Shown: positions 9,664 through 19,479 of the stretch, one piece after another
How positions within the stretch are numbered: the first letter of the stretch is position 1
Layout of the letters: every line of letters starts with the position of its first letter
Origin: Candidatus Daviesbacteria bacterium
GTDB taxonomy: Bacteria > Patescibacteriota > Microgenomatia > Daviesbacterales > UBA10151
Length of the DNA: 64,000 nucleotides
NCBI GenBank assembly: GCA_016176405.1
Contig: JACOXG010000010.1
Span: 33,078-97,077, forward strand
Direction of reading: 5' to 3'
Notes under the pieces: generated by a model
Databases searched by the model: none
The model's input: only the letters and a program-made list of their open reading frames with translations
Told to the model about the DNA's origin: nothing
Made by a program: the position numbers and the translations under genes

Positions 9664-10815
9664 ATGACTAGAATATTTATAACTTCAAAAGAATCAACAC
9701 AGGCCCCGACTTTAGAGTCAGAAAATATTAAGCCAGTGATGATTGATATTTTTTCTCATAGACTGACGTCGTATAATGCATTTAATATGCAAAGAGCTCT
9801 TGCTATTGAAGATTTAGTGCGTAAATATAATAAATCTATTCATACAACAGAAGTTGTTTTGAGTCCTACTAATGAGATTAAATTTAATGATATTAATATA
9901 GTGAAACATGGGGCGGCAATTTATGCAGAGGATTTGCAGGGGTCGTCTATGATAAATTGCTTAATTTTTAAGAACCTAGAAGTTATTTCTATTAGTTTTG
10001 ATATATATAGATTAACTAGCGCCGTTCGCTCAATAAGCATTACACATGTTGGAAAAAGAGATGAATGTCTTAAGTCTATTTTAGAATATTTTAATAGTTT
10101 AGGGTTTTCTACTGATTCTGGAAAAGATAATAAGACCACTGTCATATATGGATTTCCTGGGGAAAGAGGTCCCAGAACAGTGGCCAGGGATTTTATTAAA
10201 TTACCATTTAAAGATATTAGAAAAAACTATTCAATGGAGACTCAAAGTAAGATTGGTGTCTTGATTGCTCAATTAGCTGATGCCGCTGTAAAAAGTGGGA
10301 TTGTTATTTTCAATGGGCCAGTTGGCACTGGGAAAAGCTATTTAATCAGATCATTATTGTCAGATTTATCAAGTCGTCAAAGCATTGTTTTGTCTCCCCC
10401 CGAATATTTTCTAAATGATATTGGAATGATGCAATCAGTAATAGCTGAGTACCCCAAGTCATTTGTAATTTTGGAAGACTTGGGAGAAATGTTAGCTATT
10501 GATGGCAGCGCTAGAAGTGCTAGTATTACATCAAATTTATTGAACGCCACCTCAGGTCTCCTATCTTTACTGTCAGATACAATTTTTATTCTTACTTTCA
10601 ATCATGACATAGGAAAGCTTAATCCTGCATTTTTGAGACCTGGGAGGTGTTTGGGAAAAATTGAAATTGGAAATTTGTCACTTGATTATGCTCAAACTTT
10701 GACTAAAGTAAAGTTAGTTAGACAATCTTATTCTTTAGCTGAAATATATGAAATTAATCGTACAGGAAAGGATATTGAAAATTTTTCTGATAAGGCTTTA
10801 GGACTTAAAAGATGA
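9664..10815 (+). CDS. AAA+ ATPase
   Basis: GPVGTGKS, ILED, LLN..G, TFN, LRPGR. Confidence 0.85.
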   Translation: MTRIFITSKESTQAPTLESENIKPVMIDIFSHRLTSYNAFNMQRALAIEDLVRKYNKSIHTTEVVLSPTNEIKFNDINIVKHGAAIYAEDLQGSSMINCLIFKNLEVISISFDIYRLTSAVRSISITHVGKRDECLKSILEYFNSLGFSTDSGKDNKTTVIYGFPGERGPRTVARDFIKLPFKDIRKNYSMETQSKIGVLIAQLADAAVKSGIVIFNGPVGTGKSYLIRSLLSDLSSRQSIVLSPPEYFLNDIGMMQSVIAEYPKSFVILEDLGEMLAIDGSARSASITSNLLNATSGLLSLLSDTIFILTFNHDIGKLNPAFLRPGRCLGKIEIGNLSLDYAQTLTKVKLVRQSYSLAEIYEINRTGKDIENFSDKALGLKR

Positions 10816-11243
10816 AAACATGGTATTTATCATATAATAATAAAGACGAGTTTGAAATTAATATTGGGACAAAAAGTTTAATCTTGACATTTTTATCTGA
10901 TATAATAGATTTTATAAATCATAATGTTTTAAAGTATGTCCCGATGGTGCCATTTCCAATTATTCATTGGGGAAATTGGATTTGTGAAAACAAAAGGATA
11001 CATTTTCACATGTCATATAATTGGTATGGATGGAGCATTGGAGATATATTGTGTATGACTTTAGAAGGCTATTTGTTTAATAAGTCATTGGACAATGAGA
11101 GACAGATACTTAGTTTTAGTGTATCAGAGGAAGACTTAGCTAAATTTTATGGGAGAGATGCTGATTTTATTCAGGAGTGCAAAGAAAATGATAGAAACTA
11201 TGTCCCCAACAAGTTTGGAAGTGCAAAAGAAAATAACAAATAG
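10812..11243 (+). CDS. Hypothetical protein
   Basis: ATGA overlap with upstream gene. Confidence 0.5.
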   Translation: MKTWYLSYNNKDEFEINIGTKSLILTFLSDIIDFINHNVLKYVPMVPFPIIHWGNWICENKRIHFHMSYNWYGWSIGDILCMTLEGYLFNKSLDNERQILSFSVSEEDLAKFYGRDADFIQECKENDRNYVPNKFGSAKENNK

Positions 11244-11409
11244 TTGTGTAGTGCCTGAGTGCACCAGCAGACAAAGCAGGTCGAACAATAAAGTAGGATT
11301 ATGTTTTAGGCACGCAGAATGGTTATACTTTTTGCTATGGGCTTTACCTAGAATTACATTAGAAAAACAAGCAGAATCAGGTTTGTGGACTCCTGAGAAG
11401 AAAGGATAG
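11149..11409 (+). CDS. Small Cys/His-rich hypothetical protein (true start probably further downstream)
   Basis: CxxxxC...CxxH. Confidence 0.45.
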   Translation: MGEMLILFRSAKKMIETMSPTSLEVQKKITNSCVVPECTSRQSRSNNKVGLCFRHAEWLYFLLWALPRITLEKQAESGLWTPEKKG

Positions 11410-11414
11410 GAAAT

Positions 11415-12902
11415 ATGTATCAAGTCATCGGGAAAAATTATATAAATGGTCAATGGGTGGAGCTCAAGAATCATTTTTATTCATTAAATCCGTCTAATAC
11501 AAATGAAGATATCGGGATTTTTCCTCAGTCTGTATATTCTGAAGTAGATTTAGCTGTTGAGGCTGCAAAAGATGCCTTTAGATCTTGGAAAAGTTTGTCT
11601 AGAATTAATAGGGCGGAGTATTTTAATGCATTTGTAAAAAATGTGGAGAAAAATTTTGATGAACTTGTGCATTTAATGTGTAGGGAAAGCGGAAAACAAA
11701 TAAATGAATGCAAAGCTGATGTAATTGAAGGGATTCATATGGCTCAATATAACTTTGGTAGAGCAAGGATGCCATATGGAGAAGTAATGGCATCAGAAAT
11801 TGCTAGTAAGGATGCATTTATGTTGCGAAAACCAAAAGGGGTAATCGCAGCAATAACTCCTTGGAATTTTCCGTTTGCTATTCCTTTATGGTTAATTATT
11901 CCATCTTTGCTAGAAGGAAACACTGTTGTATTCAAACCGTCAGAAGACACTCCTGCTGTAGGAGAATTTTTAGTTAAAATGTTTGATGAAGTTAGTTTAC
12001 CCCCAGGAGTATTAAATCTAGTTCAGGGAGATGGGGGGACTGGATGGGATTTAGTTACAAATACTGATATTAAGGTAGTGTTATTTACTGGCTCCTATGC
12101 TGTTGGGTCTAAAATTAGGAAAGAATGTGCTGGTTCTATAGACAAAATGGCAGTGTGCGAGATGGGCGGGAAAAACGCTATTATTGTGTTGGAAGATGCA
12201 GATTTGGATTTAGCAGTAAATGCATGCATTTTAAGTGCCTTCAAAACTGCTGGTCAAAGATGTGTATCTGCTTCCAGATTGATAGTTCATAGGTCTATTT
12301 TGAAAGAATTTGAGGATAAATTTGTAAATAAGGCTAAAAATTTAATAGTTGGGGATCCTCTTGATTCAAGCACCTTTATGGGGCCAGTAATAAATCTAGA
12401 GGCTATTAATAAAATTTTGTCTTATAATGATATGGCTCGGAAAGAGGGTGTTGAAATATTATTAAATGGTTCCAGACTTGTAGAAGGGAAATATTGGGAT
12501 GGGTATTTCATGTCTCCATTTGTATATGAAACGGAAAATAGATTTTCTAAAGTCTTGAAGGAAGAGGTGTTTGGGCCTCATGTGGCTATTATCCCATTTG
12601 ATACATTAGAAGATGCAGTCAGTCTATATAATAGTACTGATTATGGTTTTGCATTAGCTGTAATATCTAATGATTATCGTAAGATTAAATATTTACAGCA
12701 GAATTGTGATTTTGGAGTGGGATATGTAAATCTTCCCAGCATAGGCGCAGAAGTTCATTTGCCATTTGGTGGTACAAAGAAGAGTGGTTCTGGGATGCCT
12801 TCAGCCTCTGCTTTAATTGATGCTGTAACACACAGAGTAGCCTGGACTGTTAACTATGCAGATGAAATTCAATTAGCCCAAGGATTAAATGCAAAGGTAT
12901 GA
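11415..12902 (+). CDS. NAD(P)-dependent aldehyde dehydrogenase
   Basis: ITPWNFP, FKPSE, FTGS, EMGGKNA, GQRCVS, EEVFGP, PFGG. Confidence 0.95.
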   Translation: MYQVIGKNYINGQWVELKNHFYSLNPSNTNEDIGIFPQSVYSEVDLAVEAAKDAFRSWKSLSRINRAEYFNAFVKNVEKNFDELVHLMCRESGKQINECKADVIEGIHMAQYNFGRARMPYGEVMASEIASKDAFMLRKPKGVIAAITPWNFPFAIPLWLIIPSLLEGNTVVFKPSEDTPAVGEFLVKMFDEVSLPPGVLNLVQGDGGTGWDLVTNTDIKVVLFTGSYAVGSKIRKECAGSIDKMAVCEMGGKNAIIVLEDADLDLAVNACILSAFKTAGQRCVSASRLIVHRSILKEFEDKFVNKAKNLIVGDPLDSSTFMGPVINLEAINKILSYNDMARKEGVEILLNGSRLVEGKYWDGYFMSPFVYETENRFSKVLKEEVFGPHVAIIPFDTLEDAVSLYNSTDYGFALAVISNDYRKIKYLQQNCDFGVGYVNLPSIGAEVHLPFGGTKKSGSGMPSASALIDAVTHRVAWTVNYADEIQLAQGLNAKV

Positions 12903-12945
12903 AATGGATTTGTAGTAGTAGATTTATAGAACCGGAAGTATTTTA

Positions 12946-13182
12946 ATGATATGGCAAGATATTGTAATAATGATTGGCCAAGTCTTATTTTCAATTTCGT
13001 TAATTCCAATTTTGCGGGCTAAAACTAAGCCTCCAAAGTTTACGTGTTTTTTAACAGCCAGTATTTTAGGCAGTTTCTTTATAACATTTGGGACATTGTC
13101 TTTATGGATGTCAATGTTTTCATGTCTCCTAAATGGAACTTTATGGTGTTGGATAGGATTACAGAAAGGCATAAGAATATGA
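12946..13182 (+). CDS. Small membrane protein (PQ-loop/SemiSWEET-like)
   Basis: Three hydrophobic segments in 78 aa. Confidence 0.45.
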   Translation: MIWQDIVIMIGQVLFSISLIPILRAKTKPPKFTCFLTASILGSFFITFGTLSLWMSMFSCLLNGTLWCWIGLQKGIRI

Positions 13183-13736
13183 ATATAGCTATAGATATTG
13201 AAGGGACTGTTGCTGATGTGCACGAAGCATTTTTACAATGGTTTAATACTAAGTATGACACTAATTTTACGATTAAAGATATTGACAATTGGAATATAGC
13301 AAAGACAAAATTAGGAATAACAACATCAGAGTTTATTGAATCTCTTAGAAAGCTATGGAAACAACAATGCACTATGACTTTGACAGATAGTAATATCCCA
13401 AAGATAATTGATAGGTTAATAGATTCAGGGCATAGAATTTATTTTGTGACTGCTCATTATGAGGTCGCGCCACAAATTATTGATTGGATTAATAAGAATA
13501 GACTAAAACATTCGGGCTTCATGGCTGTAAAGAATACAGAAGTAAAGAAGATTCTTTCATTTGATTTATTTATTGATGATTGCCCATTATTAGTGGAATC
13601 TTTAGGGCACCGACTTTTTTTATATAATAGACCATATAATACAAATACAAAAGCTATTAATCGTTTTACTGATTTTTCAGAATTAACTAATCGAATAAAC
13701 ATGTGGCCAAGGAGGGGAGAGAATGAAAGCTTGTAA
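13179..13736 (+). CDS. HAD-family 5'(3')-deoxyribonucleotidase-like protein
   Basis: Start reassigned to MNIAIDIEGTVAD; FVTA, FIDD, RPYN. Confidence 0.8.
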   Translation: MNIAIDIEGTVADVHEAFLQWFNTKYDTNFTIKDIDNWNIAKTKLGITTSEFIESLRKLWKQQCTMTLTDSNIPKIIDRLIDSGHRIYFVTAHYEVAPQIIDWINKNRLKHSGFMAVKNTEVKKILSFDLFIDDCPLLVESLGHRLFLYNRPYNTNTKAINRFTDFSELTNRINMWPRRGENESL

Positions 13737-14118
13737 GACTGAGATAAATATTAGCTGTGAGTGCTCAGGAGATAGTTGTTCATTGAAGGCATTGGAATCC
13801 TATCGAAAATTCATTTGGTGTGATGCTGTAGATTGTGTTTGGAATATGAATCCCTTACCCTTTAAGAAATATGTTCAAGTTAATGATAATTTTAAGTCCT
13901 TGCCTAATGATAATGTCAAGGGATTATGCACCAGGCAAGAAATTAGATTAACAGCTAGAGAAGTTGAGACATTGCGTGTTAAACATAAATTAGCAGGTTG
14001 TGCAGTTCGAAGTGATAAAAGAATAACAGGTCATATGGATTGGGGAAAGTTTCCTGAAGGGGGGAACATCCCAGATCCAGTTGATCCTGCTATTGGTGGT
14101 TCTGAGTTATTAGGATAG
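13723..14118 (+). CDS. Cys-rich hypothetical protein
   Basis: GGAGGGG RBS; CxxxxCxWN motif. Confidence 0.55.
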   Translation: MKACKTEINISCECSGDSCSLKALESYRKFIWCDAVDCVWNMNPLPFKKYVQVNDNFKSLPNDNVKGLCTRQEIRLTAREVETLRVKHKLAGCAVRSDKRITGHMDWGKFPEGGNIPDPVDPAIGGSELLG

Positions 14119-14119
14119 T

Positions 14120-14632
14120 ATGTCTGACGATTACACAGAAGATCAAAGAAAATTCGCTTTAGATTTATACCTAGACGGCATGACAGCCGTGAAAATTGCT
14201 CGTAGGTTTTCTAGTGAGTATAATTCTTTGATTAGGGCATCAACAATTACTCAATGGATCAATAAATATGAATGGAAGAATATTAGAGCAGAATTGCGTA
14301 ATCAAGCTATTGCAGAAATAATGCAAAGAAACAAAAGCTCTCTTATTAAGACTTCTGAAGAGCATGCTAAGACATACCGAAAATTGTGGAAAAAGGGGGA
14401 GGAAGCCCTAGAAAGAGAAAAAAGTCCTGCTAAAATTCTTGACCCAAGCGATGCTATAAAAGCAATAGATGCGGGAATACAGGGAGAGAGGAAAGTAATT
14501 TTAGGCATTGTTAATATGAAATTTGTTCAGGATGTCTTAGGGGTAATTGTAGAAGAAGTTAACGATCAAACTGTATTAAACAAAATAGCTATTAGGCTGA
14601 AAAAACTAGCTTCAGAAATGATGGAAGGTTAA
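14120..14632 (+). CDS. terS: Terminase small subunit (putative)
   Basis: N-terminal HTH (ALDLYLDG..AVKIA...TITQW...W), upstream of TerL. Confidence 0.65.
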   Translation: MSDDYTEDQRKFALDLYLDGMTAVKIARRFSSEYNSLIRASTITQWINKYEWKNIRAELRNQAIAEIMQRNKSSLIKTSEEHAKTYRKLWKKGEEALEREKSPAKILDPSDAIKAIDAGIQGERKVILGIVNMKFVQDVLGVIVEEVNDQTVLNKIAIRLKKLASEMMEG

Positions 14633-14637
14633 AGAAA

Positions 14638-14853
14638 GTGAGAGTCACTGATTTGGATTTAGAACAATTTATTGCACAGTGCAAGTCTTGTAAGGATACT
14701 TTTGTAATTGATTATGTTAAGAGATATAAATATTTTGAAAGTCAATTAGCTTTTACAGTAAGAGATGGTCAATTTAGACATAGATGTGGTGGATTGATTA
14801 GGATTTTTACAAGTGTCCCAATCTCTTTTGACATACAAACAAGCACTAACTAA
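14638..14853 (+). CDS. Hypothetical zinc-binding protein
   Basis: CxxC...HxC. Confidence 0.4.
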   Translation: MRVTDLDLEQFIAQCKSCKDTFVIDYVKRYKYFESQLAFTVRDGQFRHRCGGLIRIFTSVPISFDIQTSTN

Positions 14854-16438
14854 TCTAGCTGATAGTTTATTAACTAGAGACGAAAAGTCCATCAAAATAG
14901 GTGGATTTTATGAATTTGTAAGGGATATTTGGTCTAAAAGTTATGAGCATCCTGAGCGTTTCAAGATGTTCCACATCGAAGTAATATGCCATGATGTAGA
15001 AGAAGCATTAGCTACTGGTAAAAATTATGTTTGTGTTCTTCCTCGAGGGTTTTTAAAGTCAACGGTGCCTGGATATGCTTTTTGTATTTGGCGTTTATTG
15101 AAAATGGGAAATTCAGACAGTACAATTCTTTATACATCATTTTCAGATGGGATGAGTCAATACCATATATCTGAAATGAAGAAACATATAAGGCGTAATC
15201 CAATTCTTTCTGAATGGATGATAGACAGGAGTCCAAATGCTGACTTTTCATTTAGATATTCTGTAAATGGATTCCAAAAGAATATTTTACATGGTGGGGT
15301 TTTGTCATTCAAAAGAGGGACCCACGTAGATGGGGCAGTGGTGGCGGATGATCTCTTACAGGACCCAGATAATCCAGCCAGGCCTACAGAGATATTAAAG
15401 GTTGAAGAATTTTTCTTTTCAGAGACAATGTATATTCCTAATCCAGGAGTGCCAGTCTTTGTATTAGGGACTCCCTTATTACCGGACGATCTATTATCAA
15501 AGCTTAAAAAAGATGATCGTTTTTTGTATCGTTTTATGCCGGCCTTAGACCCAATTCCAGGAAGAAGAGTTTTAGCCCCAGAAATTAGAGATGAAGCCCA
15601 GTTGTTAAGAGAAAAAGCTGCAAGACCTCACGCTTTTGCAGCAGAAATGATGCTATCTCCTATGTCTTCTGTGAAGGGATATTTTACTGATACTGATATT
15701 AGTAGATGTGAAAATAAAGATTTAGCATCATTTGATCCATACAAAGAATGGGATTTTAACAGTGAGTTTACAGTTGCTGGGTTTGATGTGGGAAAAAAGA
15801 GGCACCCCTCTCATCTAGCTGTTTATGCAAGTAAAGGAGGTGTACTGAAACAAGTTCATCAAGTATTTCTAGATGGATGGGATTATAATATTCAAAAAGA
15901 ATATTTAAATACAGTAGCCAAAAATTTTGCTCTTGATGTAGGATACTATGACAGCACCAGAGGAGAATTAGACGATAGGGGGCTAGATTCTAGGTGGAAG
16001 TCATTAAATTTTACCTTGAAAGACAAGAGAAAAATGGCCCAGGTGTTTGAAGAATTTGTTCAATCAGGAAATTTATCTCTTATTGTTGATGAACGTCAAA
16101 AATCGCAAATATTGGCAGTGGATAATGACTTAGATGCAGCAGAGAGTCCGCTCGGGCATGGAGATTCATTTTGGTCTAATGCTTTAGCATTATTAGCATA
16201 CAAAGACAAGACAACAGTTGGGACGCAAGATGTTGGAAATGTTCAGGATATATTTGGAAACGATAAGACTAAAGAAAATATTAATTTTAAAGAATTTGTG
16301 CAACCAATAAATTTAGGCACAGGATGCCCTAATTGTAAAGAATTTGTAGGCTGGATAGAAGAAAGAAAATTATGCTTGATTTGCCAGCATAGATGTAATG
16401 ATAATTGTATTCATACTGGAGAGAAAAATGGGGGCTAA
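14813..16438 (+). CDS. terL: Terminase large subunit
   Basis: Walker A PRGFLKS, RG.H, ADDL, GTP coupling motif, RNase H-like AGFDVG and HGD. Confidence 0.9.
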   Translation: MSQSLLTYKQALTNLADSLLTRDEKSIKIGGFYEFVRDIWSKSYEHPERFKMFHIEVICHDVEEALATGKNYVCVLPRGFLKSTVPGYAFCIWRLLKMGNSDSTILYTSFSDGMSQYHISEMKKHIRRNPILSEWMIDRSPNADFSFRYSVNGFQKNILHGGVLSFKRGTHVDGAVVADDLLQDPDNPARPTEILKVEEFFFSETMYIPNPGVPVFVLGTPLLPDDLLSKLKKDDRFLYRFMPALDPIPGRRVLAPEIRDEAQLLREKAARPHAFAAEMMLSPMSSVKGYFTDTDISRCENKDLASFDPYKEWDFNSEFTVAGFDVGKKRHPSHLAVYASKGGVLKQVHQVFLDGWDYNIQKEYLNTVAKNFALDVGYYDSTRGELDDRGLDSRWKSLNFTLKDKRKMAQVFEEFVQSGNLSLIVDERQKSQILAVDNDLDAAESPLGHGDSFWSNALALLAYKDKTTVGTQDVGNVQDIFGNDKTKENINFKEFVQPINLGTGCPNCKEFVGWIEERKLCLICQHRCNDNCIHTGEKNGG

Positions 16439-18671
16439 TTTAACACCACAAGCAAAATATATTTTAGAGCAAAGATATTTAAGACGAGATGAGAATGGAG
16501 ACATTATTGAAACTCCAGAACAATTGTTTGAACGAGTGGCAAGGGCAGTCTCTAATGGAGAGCCAATAGAGAGTGACAGACAAATATATTTTCAAAGATT
16601 TTATGACTTAATGACTTCATTGAAATTTTTGCCTAATTCTCCTACATTGGTAAATGCTGGAGTAGAAGGAAAAGGTTGCCTAAGCGCATGTTTTGTTTGC
16701 TCCCCCGAAGAAGACACGATGGAGTCAATTTTACAAACACAGAAAGATTGGGGGATGATAGAGAAATGGGGTGGCGGAGTAGGAATAGGCTTAAGCATTA
16801 TTAGGCCAAAAGGTGACAGAATCAGTACCACTCACGGAAAGGCATTAGGGCCAGTAGCAATAATGCATATGTTGTCTACAAATGCAAAGCATATAACACA
16901 GGGCAGCTTTCGTCTCGGGGCCCATATGGCTCAATTAGCTGTTTCTCACAATGATATTTTTGAGTTTATCCACTGTAAAGACAAAGATGATACATTAGAG
17001 AATTTCAATATTAGTGTACAGATAACTGATGAGTTTATGCAGGCCTTAGAAAAAGGGGAGGACTGGCATTTAGTGAATTCTAAAAACAATGAAGTAATGC
17101 AGACAATTCCAGCCAAACAATTATGGCAGGAAATATGCGGGTCTGCTTGGAAAACAGGAGATCCAGGAGTAGTATTCATAGACCGGGTATGGGAAACAGC
17201 CCCAAATCCACAATTAGGGGGGATTCAGACGAGCAATCCCTGCGGGGAGGAATTTCTTGAAAATTACTCAAATTGTTGTCTCGGTTCCATAGATTTAAGT
17301 AAATTTGTTATTGAGGGAAAGTTTGACTTTGAGGATTTTGATAGAGTAGTTTATTTAGCAATTAGATTTTTAAATGATGTAATTGAAGTTAATACATTCC
17401 CAATTCCCCATTTACGTGAAATGAACTTGAAGACTAGGCGTATTGGTTTGGGAGTAATGGGGTTTGCCGATGCATTGATAAAATTAGGGCTGCCATATGA
17501 CAGCGAAGCTGCATTAGGAATGGCTAGATTGATAGGAAAAAAACTAAAAAATTCAGCATGGTTAGAATCTTTTAGATTGGCTGATGAAAGAGGGGCATAT
17601 TCTGAGTATAAAAATTCTAGCCTCAAGTATGAATTTAAAAATAAGCCAGTTAGAAATTCTAGTGTCATAACCATAGCTCCTACAGGCACGATTTCGAGAT
17701 TGGCTAATTGTTCCAGCGGCATAGAGCCGTGTTTTGATTTAGCTTATTGGTCTAATATTTTATGGACAGATCATGATGGGAAAAGCACTAAATTTCTTGA
17801 TGTCCCATCTAGTGTGAAAGACGTACTAGAACGAGATTGGGGGGCGGAGAAAGTTAATGAAATTTTAATAGCTATTGCTAATAATCCAGAGAAAACCCGA
17901 GCAATTCTGAAAGCATATTATGGAATTAATGCAGACATATTTAGAACAGCAATGGAAATATCTCCTGAATGGCATGTAAAAATGCAGGCGGCATGGCAGG
18001 AGAATGTAACAAATTCTGTATCCAAGACAATAAATCTTCCAGAAGATGCTACTGTAAATGATGTATCCGAGGCTTTTAAATTAGCTTGGGAATTGAAGTG
18101 CAAAGCTGTGACTGTATATAGGGACAAATCAAAGTCTATGCAAGTATTAAATAAGGCAGAAGGACTTAGTGAATTAGTAAAAGTTATAGACAATATAAAG
18201 CTAGTTGTCAAAGACAGGCCTGCGGTAATGACTGGAGTTACTGAAAAAGTAAAGACTGGGCACGGAAATGCTTATGTAACAATCAATTTTGAAGGTACAG
18301 ACCCATTTGAATTATTTACTACGTTGGGGAAAGCTGGGGGCTGTGACTCGGCAAATTTAGAAGCAATATCTAGATTAGTATCATTAGCTTTTAGATATGG
18401 AATTGATACAAAAGAAGTAATTGCACAGCTAAAAGGCATTACTTGCTGCCCAGTATGGAATGAAGGCACAATGATAAAATCAACGGCAGATGGAATAGCA
18501 TATGCAATATCTAAAAATGTATTAAAAGAGGATGAAATAAGTTATAATAATAAAATAGGTGGGTCTATAGAGAAAAATGGGCATTTAGTATGCATACAGT
18601 GTGGAGGAGAATTGATTCGTAAAGAAGGTTGCATTGTTTGTAAAGATTGCTCTTGGACTCGTTGTGAGTAA
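16428..18671 (+). CDS. nrdJ: Class II (adenosylcobalamin-dependent) ribonucleotide reductase with C-terminal TSCPD/Zn ribbon
   Basis: FLPNSPTL, LSACFV, TSNPCGE, RRIGLGVMG, IAPTGTIS, VSKTIN, C-terminal CxxC; start moved to MGANL (GGAG RBS). Confidence 0.93.
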   Translation: MGANLTPQAKYILEQRYLRRDENGDIIETPEQLFERVARAVSNGEPIESDRQIYFQRFYDLMTSLKFLPNSPTLVNAGVEGKGCLSACFVCSPEEDTMESILQTQKDWGMIEKWGGGVGIGLSIIRPKGDRISTTHGKALGPVAIMHMLSTNAKHITQGSFRLGAHMAQLAVSHNDIFEFIHCKDKDDTLENFNISVQITDEFMQALEKGEDWHLVNSKNNEVMQTIPAKQLWQEICGSAWKTGDPGVVFIDRVWETAPNPQLGGIQTSNPCGEEFLENYSNCCLGSIDLSKFVIEGKFDFEDFDRVVYLAIRFLNDVIEVNTFPIPHLREMNLKTRRIGLGVMGFADALIKLGLPYDSEAALGMARLIGKKLKNSAWLESFRLADERGAYSEYKNSSLKYEFKNKPVRNSSVITIAPTGTISRLANCSSGIEPCFDLAYWSNILWTDHDGKSTKFLDVPSSVKDVLERDWGAEKVNEILIAIANNPEKTRAILKAYYGINADIFRTAMEISPEWHVKMQAAWQENVTNSVSKTINLPEDATVNDVSEAFKLAWELKCKAVTVYRDKSKSMQVLNKAEGLSELVKVIDNIKLVVKDRPAVMTGVTEKVKTGHGNAYVTINFEGTDPFELFTTLGKAGGCDSANLEAISRLVSLAFRYGIDTKEVIAQLKGITCCPVWNEGTMIKSTADGIAYAISKNVLKEDEISYNNKIGGSIEKNGHLVCIQCGGELIRKEGCIVCKDCSWTRCE

Positions 18672-18682
18672 AAGGAGATGAA

Positions 18683-18949
18683 ATGGACGGATTACAAATA
18701 GGTAGAATAGTTCATTATGTATTATGGCCTCATGAAACAAATCATGGTTTTCCAGAACATAAGGCAGCTATAATAACTAATCTTTTTGGCAATGATGGTC
18801 TAGCTAATTTAACTGTTTTTATGGATTGGTCAAATGATAAAAAAGACTCTCCTGGAGATGCTATGAGTGGCCCATTATGTTGGGCAACTTCCAGACCATA
18901 TAGTGAAGAGCCAAAACCTGGAACTTGGCATTGGCCAGAGAAAGTGTAG
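18683..18949 (+). CDS. Phage hypothetical protein
   Basis: GRIVHY...AAIIT...PGTWHWP; AGGAG RBS. Confidence 0.65.
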   Translation: MDGLQIGRIVHYVLWPHETNHGFPEHKAAIITNLFGNDGLANLTVFMDWSNDKKDSPGDAMSGPLCWATSRPYSEEPKPGTWHWPEKV

Positions 18950-18958
18950 AGGAGATAT

Positions 18959-19465
18959 ATGCCAATAGGAGATAATTTAAGTCGGGTAGACCAGCAATAT
19001 ATAGCAAAAAAAGATGATAAGAATACTTGGCGTATTTTGAATTTGTGGCACCCAGAATTAAAGAATTTATCCTCTGGTGAAGATGATGTTCCAGACAATC
19101 ATCCTGCGGTAACTATATTGACAGAGGGGGCATTTTTGGCTCTAGTAAAATCAGCAGTACAGGAAGGGGTAATTCAAAATGCTGTAATGTCTGCTGAAGT
19201 GGCACATGATAATTGTGTTAAAGGGAAAGACCTTGATATATTGTATGATAAAATAGGTAGGGCTGAGGTTGAAATAAATTTTCTTACTAAAAGTGTAACA
19301 GAAAAATCTGCGGCTATTAAATTATTGGAGGATGAAAATTCATTATTAAAACAAGAAAAGCCTAGATCAGAAGCATTTGAGACTACAAAGTTAGTGGTAG
19401 ACTCTCTAGTACGATTAGCCGGGATGAGTAATTTAAAAGATAAGGATGAAAGGAATAAGACTTAA
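18959..19465 (+). CDS. Hypothetical protein
   Basis: GAGGAG RBS; coiled-coil C-terminus. Confidence 0.6.
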   Translation: MPIGDNLSRVDQQYIAKKDDKNTWRILNLWHPELKNLSSGEDDVPDNHPAVTILTEGAFLALVKSAVQEGVIQNAVMSAEVAHDNCVKGKDLDILYDKIGRAEVEINFLTKSVTEKSAAIKLLEDENSLLKQEKPRSEAFETTKLVVDSLVRLAGMSNLKDKDERNKT

Positions 19466-19479
19466 TATAGAGAAATAAT

